Notes: generated by a model from the letters alone, not told the origin. DNA of 63,035 nt, filler included, from Octopus bimaculoides (GCF_001194135.2; 6 parts of 6 records of this genome joined end to end with filler, not necessarily neighbours in it), one strand, 5' to 3'. Counted from the first letter of the whole stretch, positions 49,252 through 62,736 are shown. Program-made: numbers and translations.

Positions 49252-50159
49252 AAAGAAATTATTTAACACATGCGTNNNNNNNNNNNNNNNNNNNNNNNNN
49301 NNNNNNNNNNNNNNNNNNNNNNNNNNNNNNNNNNNNNNNNNNNNNNNNNNNNNNNNNNNNNNNNNNNNNNNNNNNNNNNNNNNNNNNNNNNNNNNNNNNN
49401 NNNNNNNNNNNNNNNNNNNNNNNNNNNNNNNNNNNNNNNNNNNNNNNNNNNNNNNNNNNNNNNNNNNNNNNNNNNNNNNNNNNNNNNNNNNNNNNNNNNN
49501 NNNNNNNNNNNNNNNNNNNNNNNNNNNNNNNNNNNNNNNNNNNNNNNNNNNNNNNNNNNNNNNNNNNNNNNNNNNNNNNNNNNNNNNNNNNNNNNNNNNN
49601 NNNNNNNNNNNNNNNNNNNNNNNNNNNNNNNNNNNNNNNNNNNNNNNNNNNNNNNNNNNNNNNNNNNNNNNNNNNNNNNNNNNNNNNNNNNNNNNNNNNN
49701 NNNNNNNNNNNNNNNNNNNNNNNNNNNNNNNNNNNNNNNNNNNNNNNNNNNNNNNNNNNNNNNNNNNNNNNATTGTGCAAAAGTGTCGTAAGTCCAAAAC
49801 GTTGCTTTTTTAGAAAACGAAAAAATAGTTTTACCATTTCATTTCTTTTTACATTAGCAACAGTTTCAGCTTAACAATAATACTTTGTTGGATGCATAAA
49901 ATCGTAACTCTATGAATGTATGGTATTTTCAGTCAGAAATATTTTTGCAAAACTGTCGTATGCGGGACTTATTACATTTTTGAAAAATGCTAAACCGTTG
50001 AACCACACTTTGAGAATTTTCATATCTTGGCATCCGAAGCAACTGGAGATACGATAGTTTGGCCAAAAGAACCGGTTATTGCAAGCAAAATTAAATATTG
50101 AAAGAAAACGCATTTGGCCAAATTCGAACATACGACGGTTTAACATAATAGCAACGATA

Positions 50160-50325
50160 TATACGACAGGCGCTTTTCAGTTTCCGTCTACCAAATCCAA
50201 TCACAAGGCTTTATTCGACCCGAGGCTATAGTAAAAGACACTTTCCAAGGTGACACGTAGTAGAGTGAACCCCGAAACATGTGGTTGGGAAGCAAGCTTC
50301 TTATCACACAGCCACGCCTGCACTT
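50160..50325 (-). mobile_element. SINE family A 5' half, diverged
   Basis: ttcagtttccgtctaccaaatcc..gaggctatag..cacacagccac. Confidence 0.8.
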
Positions 50326-50919
50326 ATAAACAAATCATCTGTGCTAGTTGTTCTACAAGAAATTACCGAATACCCATCTGTCGTCTACGACAGGAAAGTC
50401 CACAAATATTATTCTAATAAATAAACTGACATAGTTACAGTACTCCACCCGCCCCTAGAACAAACAAAAAAGAGATATTATCATTCATTTGTACTACGTT
50501 ATTCGTTTCATTCATATAAAGAAAGAAGTTTGTTTAACCAGATATGATAATTGACTGTGATAACATTCGTAATAAAATATTCAGGGTGTGACACAGTAGA
50601 TTATATGTTAGTACAGTCATGTTAGTACCTAGTACCTTACTGCTAAGAATTTACTCATCATCAATGGCATGTATTTACTTTTTACATATCCAAATGTACT
50701 TTAACAGATTACAGTATTTGTTTGGTGGCCAATGACATATCAGACACGCTACATTGCAGAACAAAATCCTTTCTATGGCGTTTCGTTAACTTCCCAACGG
50801 GGGTTGATTTTCAGAAGCTATGAAAATACCTACAACTTGTATATATTTGAATTTATTCAACACACTATATTCTTTTCAATGTATGTGCGGTTTTCACTTG
50901 TGACACACACACACACTCA

Positions 50920-50951
<32 letters not shown>

Positions 50952-51059
50952 TGCATATTGGTCTCCTCCCCTAGCCAGCGGAGTGGCAGCATTCGAAAGC
51001 TAAAACGATGCCAAAAGCATTGTAACAGGTGATGTATACGAATATCCGATAGTCTAGCC

Positions 51060-52529
51060 CATAGGTTCTCAAAGTGGGCGCTACCGCCCCCGGTGAGCGC
51101 TGAGAAAGTCCAGGTGAGAAAGGGGGTGGTGCGGAGGGAGAAAGGGGGTGGTGCGGAGGGAGAAAGGGGGTGGTGCGGAGGGAGAAAGGGGGTGNNNNNN
51201 NNNNNNNNNNNNNNNNNNNNNNNNNNNNNNNNNNNNNNNNNNNNNNNNNNNNNNNNNNNNNNNNNNNNNNNNNNNNNNNNNNNNNNNNNNNNNNNNNNNN
51301 NNNNNNNNNNNNNNNNNNNNNNNNNNNNNNNNNNNNNNNNNNNNNNNNNNNNNNNNNNNNNNNNNNNNNNNNNNNNNNNNNNNNNNNNNNNNNNNNNNNN
51401 NNNNNNNNNNNNNNNNNNNNNNNNNNNNNNNNNNNNNNNNNNNNNNNNNNNNNNNNNNNNNNNNNNNNNNNNNNNNNNNNNNNNNNNNNNNNNNNNNNNN
51501 NNNNNNNNNNNNNNNNNNNNNNNNNNNNNNNNNNNNNNNNNNNNNNNNNNNNNNNNNNNNNNNNNNNNNNNNNNNNNNNNNNNNNNNNNNNNNNNNNNNN
51601 NNNNNNNNNNNNNNNNNNNNNNNNNNNNNNNNNNNNNNNNNNNNNNNNNNNNNNNNNNNNNNNNNNNNNNNNNNNNNNNNNNNNNNNNNNNNNNNNNNNN
51701 NNNNNNNNNNNNNNNNNNNNNNNNNNNNNNNNNNNNNNNNNNNNNNNNNNNNNNNNNNNNNNNNNNNNNNNNNNNNNNNNNNNNNNNNNNNNNNNNNNNN
51801 NNNNNNNNNNNNNNNNNNNNNNNNNNNNNNNNNNNNNNNNNNNNNNNNNNNNNNNNNNNNNNNNNNNNNNNNNNNNNNNNNNNNNNNNNNNNNNNNNNNN
51901 NNNNNNNNNNNNNNNNNNNNNNNNNNNNNNNNNNNNNNNNNNNNNNNNNNNNNNNNNNNNNNNNNNNNNNNNNNNNNNNNNNNNNNNNNNNNNNNNNNNN
52001 ACCAGTACAAACAACTGGAGGATCATAGAGCAGCCGGAGTCAGGGCCATCTCTGATACCCTGCAACCCATGCGGTCGCAAGGGGCTTCCGCGGTTGAGAG
52101 GCCCCGTGTTAAGATCAAAGTACGTAGATCAGTCATCTGTTTACTTTGATTAAGATGTTGAACAAGAATTAAACTATGCTAACTGAAATTTTCAAGTATC
52201 GTATGCATAAATTAAAATTTTATAAAACTTTTAACACCTTCTCTTCCCAATCTTTAATTGCTTGTTGAGTTTCTTTAGATATGTGTTCTATAAATGTTCA
52301 TAACACACCTTATACTTATAACATTTTCATATTCGAACAATATTTACAATAGTAAGCTACCAATTTAATATGAAGAATCTTTATTAGAAATCTNNNNNNN
52401 NNNATTCATAGTATATATAAATTAGTAAAATATAAAATATTTATTTACACATAGAAATAGGGGTGAGGGCGCTGAAGGTATTATGTGCCCATGAGAGGGG
52501 CGGTGGACCAAAACGTTTGAGAACCTCTG
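51060..52529. mobile_element. hAT (Charlie-like) non-autonomous element with 8-bp TSD, internal 22-bp tandem repeat and gaps
   Basis: TIRs CATAGGTTCTCAAA and reverse complement CAGAGGTTCTCAAA; TSD gtctagcc (51052-51059) and gtctagct (52530-52537). Confidence 0.75.
51116..51194. repeat. 22-bp G-rich tandem repeat (gagaaagggggtggtgcggagg), at least 3.5 copies, runs into gap
   Basis: Units start at 51116, 51138, 51160, 51182. Confidence 0.9.
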
Positions 52530-52556
52530 GTCTAGCTGATCACGTGATCACATGAA

Positions 52557-52614
<58 letters not shown>

Positions 52615-53526
52615 CGTCAGTGGGTCATATATCCGACAAAAATGCGCACCCTAAAAGTTAGAGCAGTAATGTATTTACATGAAGTTAAATATATGTCCGG
52701 TCATAGAGTGACCAATGGTTTCGCATCAATAAAACGCTTAGTTTTATAGACGATTCGTCAAACTCCAATGGTTGTGGGCATTGGAGCAGCAGCTCATCCA
52801 ACACCAGCGACAACAATGGTAACGGCGGGGGCTGCAGCGGCAGTAATACATTAAGTGGCAGAAACACCAGTACAAACAACTGGAGGATCATAGAGCAGCC
52901 GGAGTCAGGGCCATCTCTGATACCCTGCAACCCATGCGGTCGCAAGGGGCTTCCGNNNNNNNNNNNNNNNNNNNNNNNNNNNNNNNNNNNNNNNNNNNNN
53001 NNNNNNNNNNNNNNNNNNNNNNNNNNNNNNNNNNNNNNNNNNNNNNNNNNNNNNNNNNNNNNNNNNNNNNNNNNNNNNNNNNNNNNNNNNNNNNNNNNNN
53101 NNNNNNNNNNNNNNNNNNNNNNNNNNNNNNNNNNNNNNNNNNNNNNNNNNNNNNNNNNNNNNNNNNNNNNNNNNNNNNNNNNNNNNNNNNNNNNNNNNNN
53201 NNNNNNNNNNNNNNNNNNNNNNNNNNNNNNNNNNNNNNNNNNNNNNNNNNNNNNNNNNNNNNNNNNNNNNNNNNNNNNNNNNNNNNNNNNNNNNNNNNNN
53301 NNNNNNNNNNNNNNNNNNNNNNNNNNNNNNNNNNNNNNNNNNNNNNNNNNNNNNNNNNNNNNNNNNNNNNNNNNNNNNNNNNNNNNNNNNNNNNNNNNNN
53401 NNNNNNNNNNNNNNNNNNNNNNNNNNNNNNNNNNNNNNNNNNNNNNNNNNNNNNNNNNNNNNNNNNNNNNNNNNNNNNNNNNNNNNNNNNNNNNNNNNNN
53501 NNNNNNNNNNNNNNNNNNNNNNNNNN

Positions 53527-53630
53527 CCCCCATGTTTACGAGATTTTACGAGTTACATTTTCTGTTAACGAGTTTTCGCATTACGAACGTTCTCCGGGAA
53601 GGGATTAACTAGTATATCGAGGCATTACTG
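53527..53630. mobile_element. Tigger-like element terminal fragment
   Basis: ..tatatcgaggcattactg|TA, with ttacgag subterminal repeats, similar to 31130-31259. Confidence 0.65.
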
Positions 53631-54124
53631 TATACATATATATATATGTGTCTGTGTCTGTGTCTGTGTGTGTGTGGGGGGGGGGAATGTATTATGGTCT
53701 CAAGTATGGTTACTATTGTTTCTGCGCTCTGAGTTCAGATCCATCAGAGGTTAACTCTGCTTTCATACAATCGAGGTCGATAAATAAGTACCTATCCTAA
53801 AAAAAATAATTGCCTATCCTAAACGCTGGATTGACAAAATTCTAAGAATGTAGGACCAGGTGCGTTTCGGTTATGATCTTACTTGGTTGGCTTCCTAAAA
53901 TCATTGCCCAGTTTAACACCACTATCTGGAACCATTTGTACTTTTAATACAGTCCACTCTGTTGTAATTATTCGGGCCAAGTTTCTGGTTTTGTGGATTT
54001 GTTTCTCCCTAACTCCTTCCAGATTGCCTTTGCTTTTGACTAAAAAAAGGGTAAAAAGACTATTACAAAAAAATTTCAGTTTAATTCGTCATTTCTTGTT
54101 TCATATTTGCTTTAAACTACATAG

Positions 54125-54500
54125 TTGGCATTCCGTTGCTTACGACGTCGAGGGTTACAGTTGATCCGACCAATGGAACAGCCTGCTCGTGAAATTAACG
54201 TGCAAGTGGCTGAGCACTCCACAGACACGTGTACCCTTAACGTAGTTCTCGGGGATATTCAGCGTGACACAGTGTGATAAGGCTGACCCTTTGCATTACA
54301 GGCACAAGAGAAACAGGAAGAAAGAGTGAGAGAAAGTTGAGGTGGAAGAGTACAGCACGGTTCGCCACCATCCCCTGCCGGAGCCTCGTGGAGCTTTATG
54401 TATTTTCGCTCAATAAACACTCACAACGCCTGGTCTGGGAATCGAAACCGCGATCCTATGACCGCGAGTCCGCTGCCCTAACCAATGGGTCATTGCGCCT
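54125..54500 (-). mobile_element. SINE family B, full length, ~18-bp TSD
   Basis: TSD ttgctttaaactaCatag (54107-54124) and ttgctttaaactaAatag (54505-54522). Confidence 0.92.
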
Positions 54501-55512
54501 CCACTTGCTTTAAACTAAATAGGTATTAAAGTAAACACGATTTAAACTAAACAGATATGACCCAGTTACTACAGAAATCAGATGTAGCCACTCAAAATAT
54601 CATTGTCTTTAACTGCGGAAAGCAGTTTACATACCAATCTATCTTCTGCTTGATGAATGCCATGTTTGAAACTATTTTCCATTTAGATATGTCAAGTTTA
54701 TTGAGGCAAGGTGACTTGCAGAAAATACCAATTCTATTTTTTGGTATATATTAACATCATAACCGGAATAGCAGTGACATTTAATTTCGCAGTGAAATGG
54801 TTAAAATAAATGTATACGAATTAAAAGATGCATCATGAAGCACTCATTAAACAAGCATTTCACTAAAAACATATATACAGACGAGAAACTGAAATGTTAA
54901 GTTATGAAAATAAACATACAAAATTAAGCTGAAGAGATACTCATCTAAATACGTATTAAACTGAACATATATTCACTTAACAGTTACTAACTAGACACAT
55001 TTTTAACTGAACATATACAAAACAGACACTAAAACTAAAGAGATACTTAAACAGATGCACAAATTAAGAGATACTACTCGTGGAAAACCCACAAAAGCCA
55101 CGGGTGCCTGATCAACAGGGCAAGAACCTTTCTTTTATTCTTTTTAAATGTGTATTCTCAGAATTGGTCCATTCACACTGGCTATTTTTCCAACATCCAC
55201 CCACCTTTCAATAAATTTTCTTGAAGAGAACACTTTCCTCTCCACCCTCATTTTCCTTTCAAAAGAAACTTGAAAAAGTCGATGAGGATTTGGCCAAAAA
55301 GGAAAGTGTCTGACTTTAGTCCTTTCAAACGAGTCCACAAAACTAACTCTTTTGCTACAGTCNNNNNNNNNNNNNNNNNNNNNNNNNNNNNNNNNNNNNN
55401 NNNNNNTTAATTAATTAANNNNNNNNNNNNNNNNNNNNNNNNNNNNNNNNNNNNNNNNNNNNTGTATGTATGTATGTATGTATAAGTAGCTAAAAAAAAA
55501 ATTATTAATAAG

Positions 55513-55662
55513 TCCGACGTCGGCAAGACCGAGAAGAACCTTTTGGCGGCGTCAGGCACCAACGGCAACCTCAAGAATAAGTACGACAACAACAAGAATA
55601 ACAACAACAGTAGTAGTAGTAGTAGTGGTAGTAGTAGTGTTGAGGGGAGGGGCGTGTCGTAA
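55513..55662 (+). other. Coding-like stub (SDVGKTEKNLLAASGTNGNLKNKYDNNKNNNNSSSSSSGSSSVEGRGVS*)
   Basis: 22 of the first 25 codons end in G or C in an AT-rich context; no convincing acceptor or ATG. Confidence 0.2.
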
Positions 55663-55759
55663 TCGACAGCGATGTCAACAAACGAAAGCAGAGAGAACAG
55701 CTGATTGTGAGAGAGGAGAACAAGAAAGCAGTTGTGACTTTTGTTGCTGTTTCTTGCCA

Positions 55760-55762
55760 TTG

Positions 55763-55794
<32 letters not shown>

Positions 55795-56059
55795 GGTGAT
55801 GGTGATGATGATGATGATGATGATGTGGATGATGATGATGTGGATGATGATGACGACGATGAATACGATGTTGATGGTGGTGCCGATGGCTAGGGGGTGG
55901 GGTGATGGAGGTGATGGCCTTGTTGGTCGGAGGACTCGTGGTGACGTTGAGGATGACAATGATGACGATGATGATGATGACGACGACGACGACGACGACC
56001 CTACCCTCACCCCATCCCTCCTCGCTCACCTCCCTCCCCTCCTCTCCGCCTTTCTCTCT
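55760..56059. repeat. (GAT)n/(GAC)n trinucleotide tract and CT-rich tract
   Basis: Direct reading. Confidence 0.85.
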
Positions 56060-56603
56060 NNNNNNNNNNNNNNNNNNNNNNNNNNNNNNNNNNNNNNNNN
56101 NNNNNNNNNNNNNNNNNNNNNNNNNNNNNNNNNNNNNNNNNNNNNNNNNNNNNNNNNNNNNNNNNNNNNNNNNNNNNNNNNNNNNNNNNNNNNNNNNNNN
56201 NNNNNNNNNNNNNNNNNNNNNNNNNNNNNNNNNNNNNNNNNNNNNNNNNNNNNNNNNNNNNNNNNNNNNNNNNNNNNNNNNNNNNNNNNNNNNNNNNNNN
56301 NNNNNNNNNNNNNNNNNNNNNNNNNNNNNNNNNNNNNNNNNNNNNNNNNNNNNNNNNNNNNNNNNNNNNNNNNNNNNNNNNNNNNNNNNNNNNNNNNNNN
56401 NNNNNNNNNNNNNNNNNNNNNNNNNNNNNNNNNNNNNNNNNNNNNNNNNNNNNNNNNNNNNNNNNNNNNNNNNNNNNNNNNNNNNNNNNNNNNNNNNNNN
56501 NNNNNNNNNNNNNNNNNNNNNNNNNNNNNNNNNNNNNNNNNNNNNNNNNNNNNNNNNNNNNNNNNNNNNNNNNNNNNNNNNNNNNNNNNNNNNNNNNNNN
56601 NNN

Positions 56604-56915
56604 TGTTGTGAGTGTTTATTGAGCGAAAACACCTAAAAAGCTCCACGAGGCTCCGGCAGGGGATGGTGGCGAACCCTGCTGTACTCTTTCACCACAACTT
56701 TCTCTCACTCTTACTTCCTGTTTCTGCTGTGCCTGTAATTCAAAGGGGTCAGCCTTGTCACACTGTGTCACGCTGAATATCCTCGAGAACTACGTTAAGG
56801 GTACACGTGTCTGTGGAGTGCTCAGCTACTTGCACGTTAATTTCAAGAGCAGGCTTTTCCGTTGATCGCATCAACTGGAACCCTCGTCGTCGTAAGCGAC
56901 GGAGTGCCAACCACA
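56604..56915 (+). mobile_element. SINE family B (head in gap)
   Basis: Aligns to 46790-47070. Confidence 0.88.
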
Positions 56916-57514
56916 AATGATATAGCGCTCACGGCAGCGTTGGAGGAAATAATCTCGGCGTTGTTAGAAAATCTCCAAGTAATAATCCGGAAAAGCTTAG
57001 ATTTTCAAGCAAAGAGAGAAATCAGCTAATACACACTTTACAGATACAATCTATAAGTGGAACAGTAAAAATATGTGTCACTTTTCTAAAGTCCAACGTG
57101 TAAGAATTTTCGTTGTTGATTGTGAAATTGCTGTGACGGAATTGTAAGAAAGAAGTTCTTTCTTCGCAAAATAGAATACTAATAGTTCAAGAAGGAACGC
57201 AGACAGATATTCATAGAAACACACACACACACACATACATGTACACATGCACACGCGCGTATGTGTGTGCGTACGTATGTTTAGTGTATGTATCTTCGTA
57301 AGAATTTATGTACGGGTTTATGTTTGTATGTATGCATGTCCGCGCGCACAAACACACACATGTATGCGGGAGTGTGTGTTTCGCTGTTTTCATATGTCCA
57401 TCTCACACACACAGACACACACCTATATATTGTGTGGTGTGTGCGTAAACAGGTATACACTCATATATAAGTAAATATATGACTTTGTGTATAACTATGT
57501 AGACTTATATATAT

Positions 57515-57548
<34 letters not shown>

Positions 57549-57686
57549 AAACGTAAGTATTGTTATATAAACAGCATTTTAATTATATAACTAAATACTA
57601 CCATATATGCGTGTATGCATGTATGTACATACACACATATATACACATATATATTTGCAAATATATGTATATATACACGCACATAC

Positions 57687-57741
<55 letters not shown>

Positions 57742-58054
57742 CACGCACATANNNNNNNNNNNNNNNNNNNNNNNNNNNNNNNNNNNNNNNNNNNNTTAAT
57801 TAATTAANNNNNNNNNNNNNNNNNNNNNNNNNNNNNNNNNNNNNNNNNNNNATATATATATATATACGTTATGAGCGATAGTGGTGTCTATTAGACCCAG
57901 AGGTTTCAGGTAATGCTGAGTAAGTGCTATTGGTAGACCACAGTTGAGCTCCAGGTTCGGTGGTTATGCGAATAAGGGGTCCAATGTAAGTCACATATCA
58001 GCGTGTGAATATAAGGATTTACTTTTCGTATTGAGATAAAAGACATATTATACA

Positions 58055-58165
58055 CGACTTGAGGCTATAGTTGTAGACTCCTACCCCAGGTGCAAAGCAT
58101 TGGGACAGAACGCGGAACTATGTGGTTGGTAAGCAAGCTACATACCACACGCCCACTCCTCTACA
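58055..58165 (-). mobile_element. SINE family A head, diverged
   Basis: gaggctatag..atgtggttggtaagcaagcta. Confidence 0.6.
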
Positions 58166-58370
58166 TACATAACACAAATGTGTGTACGCGTGCGCAAGTG
58201 CGTGTGTGTGAGGGTTGTCAGATTGTTAGTGTGAAGTTCACGTGTTACAAGTGTATCATGCCTATATATTGCCCATGAATAATTCCGTGCCTTATCGAAC
58301 ACGGAGTGCATGTAACTGTTCGTCTCCTACTTCTCATTATAATATTCTTATATATTTCTATATAATTATA

Positions 58371-58527
58371 GGCGCAGGAGTGGCTATGTGGTAAGTAGCT
58401 TGATACCATCCACATGGTTCTGGGTTCAGTCCACCTTGGGCAAGTGTCTTCTACTATAGTCTCGGGCCGACCAAATCCGTGTGAGTGGATTTGGTAGACG
58501 GAAACTGAAAGAAGCCCGTCGTATATA

Positions 58528-58576
<49 letters not shown>

Positions 58577-58760
58577 CTGTGTGTCTGTGTTTGTCCTCCC
58601 ACCATCGCTTGATAACCGATGCTGTTGTGTCTACGTCCCCGATAGAATAAGTACCAGGCTTCCAAAGAATAAGTCCTGAGGTCGATTTTCACGACTAAAG
58701 CCGATACTCCAGCATGGCCGCAGTCAAATGACTGAAACAAGTAAAAGAGTAAAAGAGTAA
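58371..58760 (+). mobile_element. SINE family A, near full length, with small deletions
   Basis: Head, core, internal (TA/TG)n, tail gtaaaagagtaaaagag. Confidence 0.9.
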
Positions 58761-59243
58761 AATATTTGCAATTGTTCACGTTATATTTTATAGTTATATA
58801 TATAAAATGTGTCCGTTTTTTTGGGAAAGAAATATTCAATGTCTCACAAATTGTGATAAAAATATAGATATTTTAAAGGGTAACGATAGCAAATTATATA
58901 AATCTGATCACCACATATTGTTCCGGAAGTAGTATCGCGTTGCAATATAATGACGCTAGAATGAGTTCGGAGATCTGCTCATCGCGATAATTTTTCTAAT
59001 ATTGTTCCAAGTGAAATAATTTAATCCATGCTAATTTGTCACTTAACTCAACTGCAGTGATTATAATTAAAATTGTTGATGGTGAGAAGGATGAAAGGAT
59101 GAGACACAAGTGTTACAATAAGCCTCGATTCAACTCAGACAACAAAGAACAGGGACAAATAACGCGATCCCTTATTTCAGATGCTTTATTAATTCAGCCA
59201 GTTTTATATCAATAATAACAAGATCAACAGCAACGAGAGTGAC

Positions 59244-59291
<48 letters not shown>

Positions 59292-59344
59292 ATAGGAATA
59301 CCAATAGACATCATAAAAACACTTCCAATAAGGATACACAACGT

Positions 59345-59705
59345 AAAAAAATGTGACATGGTGGCTTCATATCAAGATAAGCAGCATATGACCTTGAAGA
59401 TGAGTGCAAATTGCCATCCCGCTCAAAATGTCCCTCATTAATTATTCTTGCAGGTTGATAAACGGAACTTTCTAATGTGAAATAATTGAAACTCCAAATA
59501 ATTATTTTCAACACAAGGCCATGAAGCCCCACCAATCCTCCTGCACGTGATTGGAATTGCACATAACACCAGACCAGCTCAACTGATTCAGGTAAAGCAA
59601 CTAACGAGCGGATCAGTGCTTTTGAGACGTATATTTCTGTTGTCCATGTATATGATCACACTTCCAATCAATTAATATCAAACATATGAGCCACTGCATG
59701 GTACA
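59345..59705 (-). mobile_element. Diverged copy of the 5224-5770 repeat
   Basis: Shared motif blocks, see 5224-5770. Confidence 0.55.
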
Positions 59706-59713
59706 TTATTGCT

Positions 59714-59799
<86 letters not shown>

Positions 59800-59834
59800 T
59801 AATAATAATAACAATAATAATAATAACAATAATG

Positions 59835-59903
<69 letters not shown>

Positions 59904-59908
<5 letters not shown>

Positions 59909-60099
59909 AACACCAGGACTTACAAATATATATAACATACAGAAAATTGCACTACTGGGTACTGCACACATTCTACGCAAAACACTTTCAATACAGTAAA
60001 CATAAGAGCACCACAGCAAACCACAGCACATACCCAAGGCGCACAGAGCTGCGCTCGGTAGTGAAGTGAAAGCACGTTATAAAAATAAAACTACTGAAC
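59904..60099 (+). mobile_element. R4/Dong extreme 3' end embedded in (TAA)n
   Basis: TKTPGLTNIYNIQKIALLGTAHILRKTLSIQ* plus 3'UTR; (AAT)n at 59717-59903 and again from 60100. Confidence 0.85.
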
Positions 60100-61097
60100 A
60101 ATAATAATAATAATGATAATGATATTATTATTATTATTATTATGATTATTATTATTATTGTTGCAGTTGTTGTTTTAGTTGTTTTTACTGTTGTCGTTGT
60201 TGTGCTGCAGCTGTTGTTTTTACTGTTGATGCTGTTATTATTATTATAAATATTGAAGCTTTCAACTTTATATTGCTACGTGACATCTGCCCAAAGACAT
60301 CTGACTAAGGAAAGTGAGGGACAAAAGCGTCGAAATGGAAGAGTTATTAGTGCCACTCAGATATGGTACAGAACTTTGCAATGCACCGATGGAAGGCAAA
60401 CTAACGTGCAAGACGAGTTTTACATCTGATTTCAGTTCAATGTATTTGTTATGTCTCAAGATACTGCTATCTAGCACCTTCGGATGATCTCTACTCAACT
60501 GCTACACGACTGATATTCAACGGTCACTCCTCAACTATCTACCACGGCTAGACTACCTCTAGTTATATGTCTTGGGCGATCATACTTCTTCGCTTGGGTG
60601 TGTCGACACAACAGTATTGAAGTCCCACATTTTCTAAAGGGTAGAAAGACTGCGCCTCGAGAATGCTCCCTACATAATTGTATATGTAATTCAGTTGCTC
60701 GCATTACTCAATTCACAAAGCAATGAGGCGGTAACAAATAGGAAACAATACCTTCAACTGCAGTACGTTCATTCATTTCATATGCTGTTGCCGAAAAATG
60801 CAACAATAATGACGTGATAAGTATTCTGTCATGAGATTTATTCTTATTTTTAAAATGTTATACTTTTTCCTTTGCATCATGTGTGACTTACACTATTTAC
60901 CTAAACACTTTGTCTATGATGGAATATTTATGCATAAATTTACTCTGTGTGTATACATGTTTTTGTGTGCGAGCGTGTTTATATACCTATATATATANNN
61001 NNNNNNNNNNNNNNNNNNNNNNNNNNNNNNNNNNNNNNNNNTTAATTAATTAANNNNNNNNNNNNNNNNNNNNNNNNNNNNNNNNNNNNNNNNNNNN

Positions 61098-61137
61098 ATT
61101 CTCTTTAACCCGGGCAACGCCGGGTATTTCTGCTAGT
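61098..61137 (+). mobile_element. Helitron-type 3' terminus
   Basis: GC hairpin acccgg-gcaacg-ccgggt (61108-61125), 7 nt, then CTAG|T. Confidence 0.7.
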
Positions 61138-61533
61138 ATTCTATAAATCTTCTCTATTGGTGTTAATAAAGTATATATACTTTAATATAGTTTTAGTGAT
61201 TAGGCTACTTTTATTCCTTTTCTACCTGATCATTTTCTTATTTTATAATAGCCTTTAATAAATCTAATTTTTATACCCCTATAAATTCATACTTAGCTTA
61301 TATAAAACAATACCAGTATCTCCACAACTTAAAATAAACTGATTATATTATAATTTAATTAGTATATAGTTAACATGTTCTTTTGTCTCAGTACTCCTTT
61401 ATTAAATACCAGTAAAATCCAATTGATCAATTTTCATACATACCATCTAATAAGTTAATATTTAAATATATAATATGTATAAATATTAAACTATTTCTAT
61501 GTAATTTCTTTTCCTCTCTCTATTGTGGTAAAA

Positions 61534-62066
61534 TTTGGTATAAACTCAAAAGTATTAAAAAAAAAAAAATCCTTTTGTTATAATATCATTCTTAATAATG
61601 TTCTTGACAACCCTAAATTTTAACTTTATACAATATGGCAACATTGTCTGATATAGTCTTCAGAAATTACTTGTTTTATCCTTTTCTTAAAGTATTCTAC
61701 CCACCTGATCTTAGTATTTATAAGGGCCTTTATATAAGTAGCCCTTGTAATTAAGTACCCCTAAGAGACTATAAATATCATGTATGGAGTAACACTAATA
61801 ACTTCTAAAACCTATAATATTCCTCTTAGTTTTAAAATTGGAATATTTATTTAGAATGTCCTATAACATCAATATTCCTTTAGCTAATACCAGGTATCAG
61901 TCTTTATTGATACTAGCTAAATCAGTAAATAAACAATGTTTAGTTTAGGATAAAAAGTTTGGTATATACTCAAAAGTATTCAAAAAATTTTTTAATCCTT
62001 TTGTTATAATATTCTTCTTAATAATCTTCTGAATAACCCTAAATTTTAACAATATGGCAATATTGT
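61534..62066. repeat. Direct repeat of ~110 bp, period 424 bp, inside the hypermutated-looking tract
   Basis: tttggtata.actcaaaagtatt..atccttttgttataatat..ccctaaattttaac..aatatggcaa at 61534-61647 and 61958-62066. Confidence 0.8.
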
Positions 62067-62646
62067 TTAAAATATTTAACTATAGTACCCCATGATAAAA
62101 TTTCCCCTGTTTCATTATCAATAGTCTACTAGTGATTTGCCCCCTTAATTGTTAGCTAACATCTTGATTTAAGATTTCCTTTACCAAATCTCATTATATT
62201 GATTCAAATTAATCTTGATAGTTTTTTTATGACTATACCCACTAAAATTTCTGTCCACTCGCTCAGCCCCCTTCCTAACAGGCACTGCTCCTTGTTCTTT
62301 TGGCCTTAGATATACAAAGATTTGATAAACTAGTCTATAAATTAAAACTGACCCCATTAAACAGTGACAAGCAAAATCTGTAGCAAGTCTCTCTTCCTGA
62401 TACCTTAGTAGCTTCTAAGCTGAAGTGAAGACAGCATGTTCTTTGTCTATCTCCTTACCTTCTTGGAGATTTTAGGTAAAATTATACTAATATGCCTATC
62501 TGTTTTAATTTAATTAAATTCTATGTCTTTATGCAGCTGAGGATTGCTCTGCATTTAAATTGATGTAATGGTTGCATTGTTCAATTAAATGGAGTTGCTT
62601 GAAACAATCGTACTGCATTACCTCTCGATATCCTTGTTGCTTATTT

Positions 62647-62729
<83 letters not shown>

Positions 62730-62736
62730 CACACCC

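Noticed and set aside
52001-52955. Identical 90-bp segment at 52001-52090 and 52866-52955
   Set aside because: Both copies abut gaps; most likely a contig overlap or misplacement. Long reads showing both copies would revive it.
60270-60660. Moderately GC-rich non-repetitive segment with short open frames
   Set aside because: No recognisable protein motif or splice structure; cannot be assigned.
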